Source of the DNA: Nitrospirales bacterium
GTDB lineage: Bacteria > Nitrospirota > Nitrospiria > Nitrospirales > UBA8639
Direction of reading: 5' to 3'
Length of the DNA: 64,000 nucleotides
Assembly: GCA_965203295.1 (NCBI GenBank)
Contig: CBDBCZ010000019.1
Span: 1,312,001-1,376,000, forward strand
Position numbers and translations under genes: made by a program. Of the stretch, positions 42,218 through 53,148 are shown piece after piece; within the stretch, counting starts at the first letter, position 1; each line of letters starts with the position of its first letter. The notes below the pieces were generated by a model. That model ran no database searches. It saw nothing but the letters and a program-made list of their open reading frames with translations, and was not told the origin of the DNA.

Positions 42218-42826
42218 ATGAGCAGAGCATTTCGTGTACGAGTCGCGACAGTTGCCATCTGGGGAGGTTTGATCTTGGGCTTTTTCCATTTTCCATCAGA
42301 AGCCATTGATATTGACCCGCAGCAAAAACAGATTGAGGAGGCTGTTCGGCAGGGACACGAGGCTGCCGAATCGCGTGTCCCACCTGACCAATTGTATTAT
42401 TGGTTCGGAAACAGGGAAGAATTTGAGGCGTATGGATTCTTAATGAGCAAAATTCATGGTGTGACCGTCATGGCCGCACATTTTGCTCTGCGAGGGGAAT
42501 CACCATCGAGCGAGGAGATTGCAAGGATTCTTAAAGAGGAAGCTTTATTGATTAACATGATCATGTTTGGGGATACCCCGACCTTTGCCGCTGATAGTTA
42601 TATGGTCTTGAAACAAGAGAACCATCTGATCAAGCCAATCCGCGTGCGTTTCGATGCTGTCGCGAAGCGAACAAAACGTTGGCCAGCAGCTCCTCGTTAT
42701 CGAGCCAAGGTCATAGCCTATTTCCGATATAAGGACTTCGATCCTGTCGCCCCGACGATCATCACTGTCTTTCCGGGTGTTGGCAGGGAAAAGTCCTTCA
42801 ACTTGAACTTTTCGGCTATTCCTTAA
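42218..42826 (+). CDS. exported hypothetical protein
   Basis: Signal peptide ending SEA; 202 aa. Confidence 0.7.
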   Translation: MSRAFRVRVATVAIWGGLILGFFHFPSEAIDIDPQQKQIEEAVRQGHEAAESRVPPDQLYYWFGNREEFEAYGFLMSKIHGVTVMAAHFALRGESPSSEEIARILKEEALLINMIMFGDTPTFAADSYMVLKQENHLIKPIRVRFDAVAKRTKRWPAAPRYRAKVIAYFRYKDFDPVAPTIITVFPGVGREKSFNLNFSAIP

Positions 42827-42908
42827 GATTCGAAAAAACATGAAGGTGCGCAGATAGGAAATCCTTTATGAGACACTGGCAAATTATTCTCATCGTTCGT
42901 GGTTGTGC

Positions 42909-44198
42909 ATGAATTCACCATCAGCTGAAATCATAGCCATTGGATCTGAATTCCTACATGGGGGCCGAGTGGAAACCAACTCCCTTTGGTTAGCTGATGC
43001 CCTTGCGGAATGTGGAATACGCGTAGGATTTAAAACCATTGTTGGGGATGTTGAGCCAGATATCATGACAGCAATTTCGCAATCGGTTCATCGTGCCGAT
43101 GTCGTGATCCTGACTGGAGGTCTTGGGCCGACCCGTGATGATGTCACTCGGCAGGCCGTGGCCAAGTGCATTCGACAATCTTTGAGACGGCATCCCCAAG
43201 CTGCGAGATCTATTCAAATCTGGTGCACGTCTCGAAACCGAAAGCCTACATCTGCCCAATTTCGTCAGGCCTCTATTCCCAGAGGGGCTCAAGTCCTGAA
43301 CAACTTAGCTGGCTCTGCACCAGGATTTTATCTCACATGGAAGGGTCGTATGCTTTTTGCCTTGCCTGGAGTCCCGCGTGAAGCCGAGAAGATGTTCTTC
43401 TCGGAACTCCTTCCTATTCTAAAAGAGCACAAGAGCTGCGATTCCTCATTCTTTCGGAGAATGGTGCATATCTATGGACTCACGGAATCCGAAGTCGAGG
43501 AAAAGATTTCCTTTCTTTATCGTAAATTTCCCGAGATCCAGGTTGGATTGCTTGCTTCACCATTAGGGGTTTCTGTTTCACTCAGTCGTTGGAGAAGTTC
43601 TGGGAGGAATCCAACCCTACTGTCAATCAGATTGGTGTCACAGCAAATCGACCAAGGGATTGTTCGCATGCGAGAGGTTCTAGAAGATTCAATCTTTGGA
43701 GAAGGACAAGAAACCATGGAGGAAGTCGTAGGTGGGCTCTTACGTCAATGTGGATTCACGCTGTCTCTCGCTGAATCCTGTACCGGTGGCTTAATTGGGC
43801 ATCGGTTGACCCAGGTTTCTGGAAGTTCTCAATACCTGGAGCGGGGGGTGATTTGTTACAGCAATCAATCGAAAATTGATTTGTTAGGGGTCTCAAAGAA
43901 CATACTCTTGGCCTATGGTGCGGTGAGCTGCCAGGTCGCGGCTGCCATGGCCAAAGGGGTCCGACTGAGAAGTAAGTCCCATGTGGGGTTGAGTGTGACT
44001 GGTATTGCGGGCCCCGATGGTGGGTCACCGGAAAAACCTGTCGGATTGGTGTATGTCGGGCTTAGTGCTCATGGTTTTCATTCGACTCAAGAATTTCGCT
44101 TTTATGGGGACCGTAAAGCCATCAAGTTACGGGCTTCTCAAGGTGCCCTCGATTGTCTGAGGCGATGGCTTGTGCAAGGTCGTAAAGCAAGTAGGTGA
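42909..44198 (+). CDS. cinA: competence/damage-inducible protein (NMN deamidase)
   Basis: TGGLGPTRDD, LPGVP, AESCTGG, GAVS, TGIAGPDGG. Confidence 0.95.
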   Translation: MNSPSAEIIAIGSEFLHGGRVETNSLWLADALAECGIRVGFKTIVGDVEPDIMTAISQSVHRADVVILTGGLGPTRDDVTRQAVAKCIRQSLRRHPQAARSIQIWCTSRNRKPTSAQFRQASIPRGAQVLNNLAGSAPGFYLTWKGRMLFALPGVPREAEKMFFSELLPILKEHKSCDSSFFRRMVHIYGLTESEVEEKISFLYRKFPEIQVGLLASPLGVSVSLSRWRSSGRNPTLLSIRLVSQQIDQGIVRMREVLEDSIFGEGQETMEEVVGGLLRQCGFTLSLAESCTGGLIGHRLTQVSGSSQYLERGVICYSNQSKIDLLGVSKNILLAYGAVSCQVAAAMAKGVRLRSKSHVGLSVTGIAGPDGGSPEKPVGLVYVGLSAHGFHSTQEFRFYGDRKAIKLRASQGALDCLRRWLVQGRKASR

Positions 44199-44201
44199 CA
44201 C

Positions 44202-44780
44202 ATGAAGATTCGATCTTTCTTGGCCGTAAAATTGCCTGATCCATTAAAGGAAGAACTTGAACGTGTTCAAAACCGGCTTCGATCCAAATTACCCCATTTG
44301 GCATGGGTTAAACCCTCTGCGATGCATCTCACCGTGAAGTTTTTTGGTGATATTGAGATGGAGCAAGTCGAGGAAATACAGGGATGTGCCCAACGCGTTA
44401 TGCAACATTCGAGTCGTTTTTCACTTGCGGCTCAAGGCCTTGGTGTTTTTCCCAATATACGCATGCCGAGGATTCTGTGGGTTGGAATTTCAGGAGAGAC
44501 TAAAATCTTATCGCGTCTGGTAGACGACCTGGACGAGGCTCTGGCGACGTTGGAATTTCCCAAAGAAGGAAAACCCTTTAACCCCCACCTCACGTTGGCC
44601 CGAATCAAATCCCAAGGGCGCGAGGTGGGTGAGGTGCTTGTGAAGAAGAAACTCTTAGAACCTTCTGTGCCAATTGGCTCCATTGATGTCACTCACGTAT
44701 CCCTGTTTAAGAGTGAATTGCGCGCGTCGGGTTCTGTGTATACGTGCCTTTGGGATGTGTCCTTACCTGTGCCATCCTGA
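44202..44780 (+). CDS. thpR: RNA 2',3'-cyclic phosphodiesterase
   Basis: Two HxT motifs (HLTVKF, PHLTLAR). Confidence 0.93.
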   Translation: MKIRSFLAVKLPDPLKEELERVQNRLRSKLPHLAWVKPSAMHLTVKFFGDIEMEQVEEIQGCAQRVMQHSSRFSLAAQGLGVFPNIRMPRILWVGISGETKILSRLVDDLDEALATLEFPKEGKPFNPHLTLARIKSQGREVGEVLVKKKLLEPSVPIGSIDVTHVSLFKSELRASGSVYTCLWDVSLPVPS

Positions 44781-44791
44781 TGTCGTCCATT

Positions 44792-44917
44792 CAGGAGCTG
44801 TTGAAAAAGGCCGCCAGCGGCGTTCTCGTGGTTCGGAGGCCTCAACGTACTCACTTGTATGCCTCGTCCCCCTCGCTGCCTGCGGCCTTGCTGAACACCC
44901 TTTTTGAACAGCTCCTG
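44792..44917. mobile_element. MITE-like 126-bp element with terminal inverted repeats
   Basis: CAGGAGCTGTTGAAAAAGG (44792-44810) / CCTTTTTGAACAGCTCCTG (44899-44917), 18/19 match. Confidence 0.75.
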
Positions 44918-45089
44918 CTCCTTCTGGCGCTTTAGGGTTTGTATCTGGTGTAGCCTGCTATTGAGGATTCTTGAATTATTCAACATCCCTATTCTAATGT
45001 CGGGACGGTTTCATTTACGTGTCTGATGTTGTTCGGTATGATAGTAATCTGTTGAATTTCTATTGAAGCGTCATTTGGGAGGAAAAGTT

Positions 45090-46169
45090 ATGAATGAGCG
45101 GTCTGAGGATAAAGATGGGAAAAAGCGGGCTTTAGACTTGGCCCTGACACAGATCGAAAAACAATTTGGAAAAGGGTCCATCATGAAATTGGGAGCCGAT
45201 CAAGCTCCCTCCGATATTGAAACCATCTCCACGGGGTCTTTGTCGCTTGACCTGGCTTTAGGTGTAGGCGGGCTTCCTCGTGGGCGGGTTATAGAAATCT
45301 ATGGCCCTGAATCATCGGGAAAAACGACGCTGTGTCTACATGCCATTGCTGAAGCGCAAAAAGCTGGGGGTTCGGCGGCTTTCATTGACGCTGAGCATGC
45401 CCTAGACGTGGGATATGCAAAAAAACTTAATGTGAACGTCGAGGAATTACTCGTGTCGCAGCCGGATACTGGAGAACAATCTCTTGAGATAACCGAAACT
45501 CTGGTTCGCAGTGGAGCGATCGACTTAATTGTCGTGGATTCGGTGGCTGCTTTGGTTCCCAGGGCCGAAATTGAAGGGGAAATGGGTGATTCGCACATGG
45601 GCCTTCAAGCCAGGCTCATGTCACAGGCTTTGCGGAAACTGACAGGATCGATTTCTAAATCGCAAACAACCCTGATTTTTATCAACCAGATTCGGATGAA
45701 GATAGGGGTGATGTTTGGCAATCCGGAAACGACAACTGGTGGAAATGCCCTCAAGTTCTATTCTTCAGTCCGCCTCGATATCCGGAGAATTGAGTCGATC
45801 AAAGAAGGTCAGGAAGTTACAGGGAGTCGAGTCCGAGTGAAAGTCGTGAAAAACAAAACAGCGCCACCATTTAAGCAGGCCGAATTCGACATTATGTTTG
45901 CTGAAGGAATTTCTAAAGTTGGGGAATTAGTGGACCTTGGTGTGGACAAGCGAGTGATCGAAAAGGCTGGGGCCTGGTATTCCTATAAAGAAGACCGTTT
46001 AGGGCAGGGGAGAGAAGCGGTGAAGACCTTTTTAAAGTCGAATCCGGATATCGCTCAGGATATTGAAAGGCAAATTCGTGAAAAGGTTGGATTGGGTCTT
46101 CCAGATGACGCGAAAGCAACGGAAACCCGCCCAGTGGGGAAAAAGGCACCACGTCGGGGCACACCATAA
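45090..46169 (+). CDS. recA: recombinase A
   Basis: [24 protein letters not shown]. Confidence 0.99.
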   Translation: MNERSEDKDGKKRALDLALTQIEKQFGKGSIMKLGADQAPSDIETISTGSLSLDLALGVGGLPRGRVIEIYGPESSGKTTLCLHAIAEAQKAGGSAAFIDAEHALDVGYAKKLNVNVEELLVSQPDTGEQSLEITETLVRSGAIDLIVVDSVAALVPRAEIEGEMGDSHMGLQARLMSQALRKLTGSISKSQTTLIFINQIRMKIGVMFGNPETTTGGNALKFYSSVRLDIRRIESIKEGQEVTGSRVRVKVVKNKTAPPFKQAEFDIMFAEGISKVGELVDLGVDKRVIEKAGAWYSYKEDRLGQGREAVKTFLKSNPDIAQDIERQIREKVGLGLPDDAKATETRPVGKKAPRRGTP

Positions 46170-46187
46170 CAAGGGTTTATAGATAAG

Positions 46188-48833
46188 ATGAGCTGTTCCA
46201 CTAACGAACTCCGACAGTCTTTTTTAGAATATTTTGGTTGCCATGATCATGCCGTGGTGCCGAGTGCCTCCCTCATTCCGCAGGCCGATCAGACTCTTTT
46301 GTTCACGAACGCAGGAATGAATCAGTTTAAACGAGTGTTTTTGGGAGAAGAAATTCGGACTTACAAGCGTGCTGTTTCAGTGCAAAAATGTATGCGCGCT
46401 GGTGGCAAACATAATGATCTCGAAAATGTTGGGTATACCCGACGACACCATACATTTTTTGAAATGCTCGGGAATTTTTCCTTTGGGGATTATTTTAAGA
46501 AGGAAGCCATCCAACTGGGGTGGGAATATTTGACCAAAGTTCTTGGTTTGCCACCGGACCGACTGTGGGTGACGGTGTATCGTGACGATGATGAAGCCTT
46601 TCATTTGTGGGAAAAGGATATCGTGGTTCCAGCTTCTCGCATTCTCCGTCTTGGTGATAAGGATAACTTTTGGCAAATGGGCGACACAGGGCCCTGTGGA
46701 CCCTGTTCAGAAATACTGATTGATCAAGGGGAAGCATTGGGGTGTGGTAAACCGTCGTGTGCCGTGGGCTGTGATTGTGATCGCTACCTTGAGTTATGGA
46801 ATTTGGTCTTCATGCAATATGATCGTGATTCTTCGGGTACCCTCCATCCTCTTCCTAAACCCAGCATTGATACGGGAATGGGACTCGAACGATTGGCCGC
46901 CGTTGTCCAAAAAGTGACGAGCAATTATGACACGGATCTCTTTTCAACTCTTTTAACTCTCATCGGAGAGCGAACAGGGCATCACTATGGTCACGATGGA
47001 TCAGGTGATTGCTCCATGCGCGTCATTGCTGATCATTTGCGAGCGATTACCTTTTTGATTGCTGATGGTATTTTACCCTCTAATGAAGGTCGAGGGTATG
47101 TGTTACGACGAGTTCTTCGCCGCGCTTCACGACATGGACGTCTGTTAGGAACCACAGAACCCTTTTTATATCAATTGGTGCAATCGGTCATTCAACAAAT
47201 GGAGCCTGTCTATCCTGAGGTCCGGCAAGCCTCTGCTGTCATTGATGAAGTCGTGCTAGGGGAAGAGGAGCGGTTCATTGGAACTTTGGATCAGGGGCTT
47301 CCTCTCTTGAATGAAATAGTCTCGACTGCTCTTTCTGAAAGTCGGACTTCTTTGAAAGGCGAGACCGTATTCAAACTCTATGATACCTATGGATTCCCGC
47401 TTGACCTCATTGAAGAAGCTGCGAGGGAACAAGGGTTGCGGGTTGATTTAGAAAGCTTTCAACGTGCCCTTGAGGGGCAACGCGACCGTGCGAGGAAAGC
47501 CGAGGCCTTTTCTGCTGATGAAGCGAAACCTATTTGGACTGAGTTGGCGAAGGTGGCTCAACCGACCCAGTTTTTGGGGTATCAACAACTTGAAGGACAA
47601 AGCCTCGTCCAAGCTATTCTCAAAGATGAATGTCTCGTCGAAGAAGTTGTAGAGGGAGATACAGTTGAAGTGGTTTTAGCTTCAACCCCATTTTATGCTG
47701 AAGGTGGTGGCCAAGTTGGCGATCAAGGGAGCTTGGTTGGACCTGATGGCCGAATTCACGTTCAAGAAACAACAAGAGTCGGAAGCGGTTTCTTTATTCA
47801 CAAAGGAGCCGTGTCTGCCGGACGAGTGCGGAAAGGAGATTCGTTGCATGCCTCTGTGAATGCAACGACTCGACAGGATGCCGCTCGCAATCATACCGCC
47901 ACACATCTGGTCCATGCGGCTCTTCGAGACATTCTGGGACCTCATGTGAAGCAATATGGCTCGCTGGTGGCTCCCAATCGTCTGCGGTTTGATTTTTCGC
48001 ATTTCAAACCCTTGGCTGTTCGAGATATCGAAGAAATCGAATCATTAGTGAATTTTCAAATTCGCGAGAATACCCATGTCCAAACGGAGGTTATGGGGAC
48101 ACAAGAAGCGATGGAATCCGGCGCTCTGGCATTTTTTGGAGATAAATATGGTGATCAGGTGCGAGTCGTCGAAATTGGGACCTTTAGCAAAGAACTTTGT
48201 GGAGGAACCCATTGCCGGGATACAGGGGAAATTGGCCTTTTTAAGATAGTCTCTGAAGGTGGGGTTGCGGCCGGCGTGAGACGAATGGAAGCGCTTACCG
48301 GGTTAGGGGCTCTTCATCAATGGCGAAAAGTCGAGTCTGACATTCGAGATATCGCTGGCTTGTTAAAGGCAAGTCCGGCTGAGATCTTTTCCAAGACCCA
48401 AAAACTTGTGACATCCCTCAAGGAGAAAGAACGGGAATTAGAACAGTTAAAATTGAAGCTTGCCGAGGCCGAAGTTGGTGATTCAAAGGCAGATGTTCGA
48501 TCGATTAAGGGAGTCCAAGTGCATGTCCAACGAATTGATGGGTTGGGTATGCAGGAATTACGATCAATATCAGATCAGGTTCGAAATAAGGTAGGAAGCG
48601 GTGTGATCGCATTAGGTTCGGTTCAGGATGGAAAAGTTTCTCTTTTAGTCGTGGTCACGAAAGATTGGACCCAAAGCATTAAGGCTGGAGATCTGGTCAA
48701 AGATTTGGCGAAAGAAGTTGGAGGTTCTGGCGGTGGAAGGCCAGAAATGGCTCAGGCTGGGGGAAAGAGTCCTGAACGTCTAGAAGAAACTTTAGAGAAA
48801 GTTTTTCAACTTGTTGAAACGAGAATGTCATAA
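46188..48833 (+). CDS. alaS: alanine-tRNA ligase
   Basis: FTNAGMNQFK, HHTFFEMLGNFSFGDY, HTATH, ELCGGTH, GGGRP. Confidence 0.99.
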   Translation: MSCSTNELRQSFLEYFGCHDHAVVPSASLIPQADQTLLFTNAGMNQFKRVFLGEEIRTYKRAVSVQKCMRAGGKHNDLENVGYTRRHHTFFEMLGNFSFGDYFKKEAIQLGWEYLTKVLGLPPDRLWVTVYRDDDEAFHLWEKDIVVPASRILRLGDKDNFWQMGDTGPCGPCSEILIDQGEALGCGKPSCAVGCDCDRYLELWNLVFMQYDRDSSGTLHPLPKPSIDTGMGLERLAAVVQKVTSNYDTDLFSTLLTLIGERTGHHYGHDGSGDCSMRVIADHLRAITFLIADGILPSNEGRGYVLRRVLRRASRHGRLLGTTEPFLYQLVQSVIQQMEPVYPEVRQASAVIDEVVLGEEERFIGTLDQGLPLLNEIVSTALSESRTSLKGETVFKLYDTYGFPLDLIEEAAREQGLRVDLESFQRALEGQRDRARKAEAFSADEAKPIWTELAKVAQPTQFLGYQQLEGQSLVQAILKDECLVEEVVEGDTVEVVLASTPFYAEGGGQVGDQGSLVGPDGRIHVQETTRVGSGFFIHKGAVSAGRVRKGDSLHASVNATTRQDAARNHTATHLVHAALRDILGPHVKQYGSLVAPNRLRFDFSHFKPLAVRDIEEIESLVNFQIRENTHVQTEVMGTQEAMESGALAFFGDKYGDQVRVVEIGTFSKELCGGTHCRDTGEIGLFKIVSEGGVAAGVRRMEALTGLGALHQWRKVESDIRDIAGLLKASPAEIFSKTQKLVTSLKEKERELEQLKLKLAEAEVGDSKADVRSIKGVQVHVQRIDGLGMQELRSISDQVRNKVGSGVIALGSVQDGKVSLLVVVTKDWTQSIKAGDLVKDLAKEVGGSGGGRPEMAQAGGKSPERLEETLEKVFQLVETRMS

Positions 48834-48942
48834 CACAGACCTGCTCTCGGTTCCGAGTGTTTTTCCTCATAACATGACTGACATTTTTCATGATTGATTG
48901 TCACGTGATAGAAGTTCCTACGATGGTAAATGCAATGAGTGA

Positions 48943-49953
48943 ATGCACATGAAAATAGCTTGGTCCCTGTTGACCGTTGTCCTTCTTGGCAGTGTCATCG
49001 CTGTCGGAGTGTTTATGATGTTCCTTTCCCTTACAGGAGATCCTCATGCTCGCCACATTGTGACGATACAAGAAGGCACTCCCTTTTCTCTGGTGGTTGA
49101 AAGGCTTTATGAGAAAGGAATAATTCGGAACCCATGGGCCGTGCGGTGGTTGGCCTGGGTGAAGGGGGCTGATCGAAAGATTATCCCAGGTGAGTACGAG
49201 TTTGTGGGCGGGATAGAGCCTTCGGCTATTTTAGATAAATTAGTATCTGGACAGGTTATTCAACATGCCATCACGATCCCAGAAGGCTACACCACACTGC
49301 AGATTGCCGACTTGCTTCATGAAAAGCAAATTGTGGACCATGAGCTATTTTTAGAATCCGTAGGAGACTCCGAGCTTATTCGAAATATGGAACTCCAGGT
49401 GTCCCATTTGGAAGGATACCTTTTCCCAGACACGTATTTTTTGACTCGCCCAATGACGGCAGAAGCCGTCATCCGGAGGCTTGTTGGACGCATGAGGCAA
49501 ACCCTGAATGCTGAACTCTTAGCAAGGGCCGATGAAATTGGGATGACGACACATGAAGTTCTCACTTTAGCGTCCGTGATTGAGAAGGAAACAGGAAAAC
49601 CCGAGGAACGAGGGCTAATTTCGGGAGTGTTTCACAACCGCTTGAAGCGCAATATTCCACTTCAGAGTGATCCCACAGTTATCTATGCTCTAGAGATGTA
49701 TGATGGAAATTTGCGAAAAAGAGATTTATCTGTCAAGAGTCCTTATAACACCTATCGAGTGAAAGGCCTCCCACCAGGACCAATTGCCAACCCTGGTGAG
49801 GCTGCTATAAGAGCTGCTTTGTATCCAGTTCCTACAAATTTTCTCTATTTCGTTTCGCGAAATGACGGTAGTCATAAGTTTTCTGCTACTCTCGCTGAGC
49901 ACAATTCCGCAGTGAAAAAATACCAAGTTAGTCAAGCCCGTCGCGCTTCCTAA
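48943..49953 (+). CDS. mltG: endolytic murein transglycosylase
   Basis: TIPEG, LEGYLFPDTY, ASVIEKE, LQSDPT, SPYNTY, GLPPGPI. Confidence 0.96.
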   Translation: MHMKIAWSLLTVVLLGSVIAVGVFMMFLSLTGDPHARHIVTIQEGTPFSLVVERLYEKGIIRNPWAVRWLAWVKGADRKIIPGEYEFVGGIEPSAILDKLVSGQVIQHAITIPEGYTTLQIADLLHEKQIVDHELFLESVGDSELIRNMELQVSHLEGYLFPDTYFLTRPMTAEAVIRRLVGRMRQTLNAELLARADEIGMTTHEVLTLASVIEKETGKPEERGLISGVFHNRLKRNIPLQSDPTVIYALEMYDGNLRKRDLSVKSPYNTYRVKGLPPGPIANPGEAAIRAALYPVPTNFLYFVSRNDGSHKFSATLAEHNSAVKKYQVSQARRAS

Positions 49954-49957
49954 TTCG

Positions 49958-50425
49958 ATGTCAATAGAAGAACGCCTTCGCACTCTTGGAATCGTCCTTC
50001 CTGCTGCTCCAAGGCCAGTTGCGACCTATATACCTGCTTCTCTAGCTGGAGATTTGCTGTTTCTGAGTGGGGTGTTGCCGTTTCAGGATGGAAAACTCGC
50101 TTTTACTGGAAAGTTAGGAAAAGAATTGGATATTCAACAGGGTTACGCGGCGGCACGGCTGGCCGCTCTGAATGCACTGGCCATTATTCAGCAGGAAATG
50201 GGGAGTCTGGGCCAAGTTAGAAAGATCGTCCGTTTAACGGGACATGTGGCCTCGGCTGATGGATTTTCTAAACAACCTGCAGTTGTCAACGGTGCTTCAG
50301 ACGTGCTTGTGGAGATTTTGGGTGAGGTTGGACGTCATGCTCGGTTAGCGCTTGGAGCGGCTGAATTGCCACTTCATGCTCCGATTGAAATTGAGATGAT
50401 CGCTCAAGTCATCGTTGGAGAATAG
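49958..50425 (+). CDS. RidA family protein (Rid1/YjgH-like)
   Basis: LFLSG, VVNGASD, GRHARLALG. Confidence 0.9.
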   Translation: MSIEERLRTLGIVLPAAPRPVATYIPASLAGDLLFLSGVLPFQDGKLAFTGKLGKELDIQQGYAAARLAALNALAIIQQEMGSLGQVRKIVRLTGHVASADGFSKQPAVVNGASDVLVEILGEVGRHARLALGAAELPLHAPIEIEMIAQVIVGE

Positions 50426-50427
50426 AC

Positions 50428-51303
50428 GTGATCAAGATGTTCGTATTGTTGTTCATCATATTGAGTAGCGTTCTTGTCATATCCCCAGCGTTCTCCGCAG
50501 AAGTGAAGATGTATCATGATCCTCATGAATACCATTGGCAGGAGATTCCTCCATTGTTCGTGGAGACGACCGCTTCAACTTGGAAACGCCGTGGAAGATT
50601 TTACTATGACATTGAAGCGTCAATCCGGGTGAATTTTGCGGCTTCCGGTCTCACTATGGTTCGAAATAAGGAAGACCATCATGAAGTGACACTCTTCGTC
50701 GACTATAAAGAAATCAAAGGGAGGCGATTGGGCATTAATTCCTTTGAGACGATCATTTCAGGGACATTTATGTTGGAACACCATGAAATGGGTCCCCTCC
50801 TCGAAATTCGCATCCAAGAAAGTTCTTTGCCTCCGTCGCCGGCTGTTCCACTGTATTTGGTCGCTCTCGAGCGTTTTCAGACAAACCCCTATTACTTTTT
50901 TCTAGGGAATATCATTCGTGAGCATCTTGACCACGTTGGTGATGTCGACGCGATACTCCTCCGATCCTTAGAGCAAACGATTGAGAACCACGAACCTTTG
51001 GATCCTGATCAAATCCAATTTACTGAAATGGGCTATTCCACAATGACTGAGCAGCGTTTTTATGAACCGGCCGCCATTCGTCACACCGTCCAAAAGTTTG
51101 TTCGAAAAGATGATACTCGCATTATCCCCATCCTTGTCCTTCTGCTTCAGTATCCCGAAAAGCAGGCTCAAGTAGAGGCGATCAGGGCATTGCAACATTT
51201 TCGTGTTGGCAAAGCCGTTCCCTTTCTTGAAGACCTGAGCCGAGAGACGAAACAGCTTGAGGTTCAGCGTGAGGCTCAGCTGGCGATTGAATCTCTCAAG
51301 TAA
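50428..51303 (+). CDS. exported protein with C-terminal HEAT-like repeat
   Basis: Signal peptide (AFS); VEAIRAL...AVPFLEDL...VQREAQLAI. Confidence 0.65.
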   Translation: MIKMFVLLFIILSSVLVISPAFSAEVKMYHDPHEYHWQEIPPLFVETTASTWKRRGRFYYDIEASIRVNFAASGLTMVRNKEDHHEVTLFVDYKEIKGRRLGINSFETIISGTFMLEHHEMGPLLEIRIQESSLPPSPAVPLYLVALERFQTNPYYFFLGNIIREHLDHVGDVDAILLRSLEQTIENHEPLDPDQIQFTEMGYSTMTEQRFYEPAAIRHTVQKFVRKDDTRIIPILVLLLQYPEKQAQVEAIRALQHFRVGKAVPFLEDLSRETKQLEVQREAQLAIESLK

Positions 51304-51334
51304 GTGATTTCGTGGCGCTATCCTGTGAGTCAAT

Positions 51335-51364
51335 TTGACAATAAAAAACTGCGCTTGTTAAAGT
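51335..51364 (+). promoter_or_regulatory. candidate sigma70 promoter
   Basis: TTGACA-N18-TAAAGT with TGn extension. Confidence 0.45.
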
Positions 51365-51496
51365 TTTTTTAGGCCTGAGTTTCTACGTTGAGTGGTTCAT
51401 TTTTCCTATAGAGCTTTACTCTGAATTAGTTCCACCAAACAAGCTTTTGGCCCTAAAAACCTTCATATCGTCACTGAAAAGAAAGGTATTTTCGCA

Positions 51497-53140
51497 ATGC
51501 GGATGTTGCTTATTTCCGGAATCATGCTGACTATTCTTCTTCTTGGGGCTCCAGCCTTTGCCGAGGTGTTTCCTGAATCTGGTCCTCCAGGGACCACGGT
51601 CACTATTGGTGGGGCTGAATTTGGTGAATTTATCTCCTCCGAGGTGAACCAAGTTCGATTTAATGGTGTGCCTGCCTTGATCCAATTGTGGGAGTCAGAT
51701 CTGATCATGGTCAAAGTACCTTTGGCAGCTCGCACTGGTTCGGTTTCCGTAAAAGGCTCCAAGAAAACCGTTTCGGTCGGTGAGTTTTCTGTAGAAAAGG
51801 TGCGAATTTCCAAGTTGGCTCCCCCAGAGGCCGAGCCAGGGTCGATTCTCGTTATTAAAGGAGAGCATTTTGGAAACACCGCTGGTTCCAGGGATCCGAA
51901 TACGATGTTCGGTGTGAACCGAGTTTTGATAAGCGGGATACGTGCCCCGGTTCAGAAATGGCGATCGACAAAAATAGAGGTCAAGATACCGGCTAATACG
52001 AAATCAGGTGATGTGGTGGTGCAATTGGCATCTTCAGATCCTTTACCTGATGGTTCATGTTGTGTCCCAGTTCAATACGCGATGAGTAATGCGGTGCCAT
52101 TGAAAATTATCCCCACAATTTCTTTCCAACCCACCAAGGGCCCTGTCGGCAGCAAAGTCGTGCTGAGCGGTCAAAATTTGGGTGAGCGGGACCTGGCTGG
52201 AGATTCGGTCTCTTTCAATGGATATCCTGCGGTTATTGCTCAGTGGACTGACCGAACTGTCGTTGTTCACGTTCCGCTTCATGCCACGACTGGACCCCTT
52301 GTCCTCAGGAGAGGGGAGAAAGAACGGAATTTGGGGGCCTTCTCCGTCGTACAAAGTAAAGTGGACAAGGTAGGTCCTCTAAGAGGTCCAATAGGGACTC
52401 TGGTTCACATTAAGGGCCAAAATTTTGGTGTATATTCAGAAAGCGGATCCACCGCGTACGCATTTGATTTCAACCCTGGTGAAAATAAGGTTGAAATTGG
52501 AGGAGTGCCTGCCATCATTCATCGTTGGCAGGACAATGAGATCAATGCCTGGGTCCCGTATAGTGCCAAAAGTGGGCCTATTGTCATCAAGCGAGGAGCG
52601 GTTGTCCCCAACCCTGATGGTTCATGTTGTGCTGAGCAAGATATGGTGAGTTTGAAAATAGGAGACTTTACAGTTGAAACCCCCACAGTGACATCCTATT
52701 CCCCCAAAGCGGCGGGATTAGACGAATTGGTGACCATCAAAGGGTCTGGCTTTGGGAATTTCATTAAAATTGCAGAACATACTCGAATGCAGGTGGCTCA
52801 AGAAGCCCATGATTGGAAAACCCCGCGTTTGGGACCTGACATCTCACGCAGTCAGGTGTGGATCAATGGTGTTGGAGCGGTCGTCGTGTCCTGGAAAGAA
52901 GACGAAATACAAGTCAGAGTTCCAAGAAGACATGCATTTGGGATTGGAAATCCTGAAGGGTTTGATGCAGACCTGACAAAGGGAGAAATTGTGGTCAAAC
53001 GTGGTTCGTGGGACATGAATGAAAAGGGGGAATGCTGTACCCCAAAACAATGGGTAAGTGCCTTAGCTGGAGAGTTCACTATCCTGCGTCGAGGCCTTCC
53101 CGATCCCAAACCTTTTCCCGATTACACGAATCAGGATTAA
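51497..53140 (+). CDS. secreted IPT/TIG-repeat protein
   Basis: Signal peptide (AFA); about five P-x-x-G-P-x-G-x-x-V-x-I-x-G-x-x-F-G...W...I-x-V-x-VP repeats. Confidence 0.85.
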   Translation: MRMLLISGIMLTILLLGAPAFAEVFPESGPPGTTVTIGGAEFGEFISSEVNQVRFNGVPALIQLWESDLIMVKVPLAARTGSVSVKGSKKTVSVGEFSVEKVRISKLAPPEAEPGSILVIKGEHFGNTAGSRDPNTMFGVNRVLISGIRAPVQKWRSTKIEVKIPANTKSGDVVVQLASSDPLPDGSCCVPVQYAMSNAVPLKIIPTISFQPTKGPVGSKVVLSGQNLGERDLAGDSVSFNGYPAVIAQWTDRTVVVHVPLHATTGPLVLRRGEKERNLGAFSVVQSKVDKVGPLRGPIGTLVHIKGQNFGVYSESGSTAYAFDFNPGENKVEIGGVPAIIHRWQDNEINAWVPYSAKSGPIVIKRGAVVPNPDGSCCAEQDMVSLKIGDFTVETPTVTSYSPKAAGLDELVTIKGSGFGNFIKIAEHTRMQVAQEAHDWKTPRLGPDISRSQVWINGVGAVVVSWKEDEIQVRVPRRHAFGIGNPEGFDADLTKGEIVVKRGSWDMNEKGECCTPKQWVSALAGEFTILRRGLPDPKPFPDYTNQD

Positions 53141-53148
53141 ACACCCCA

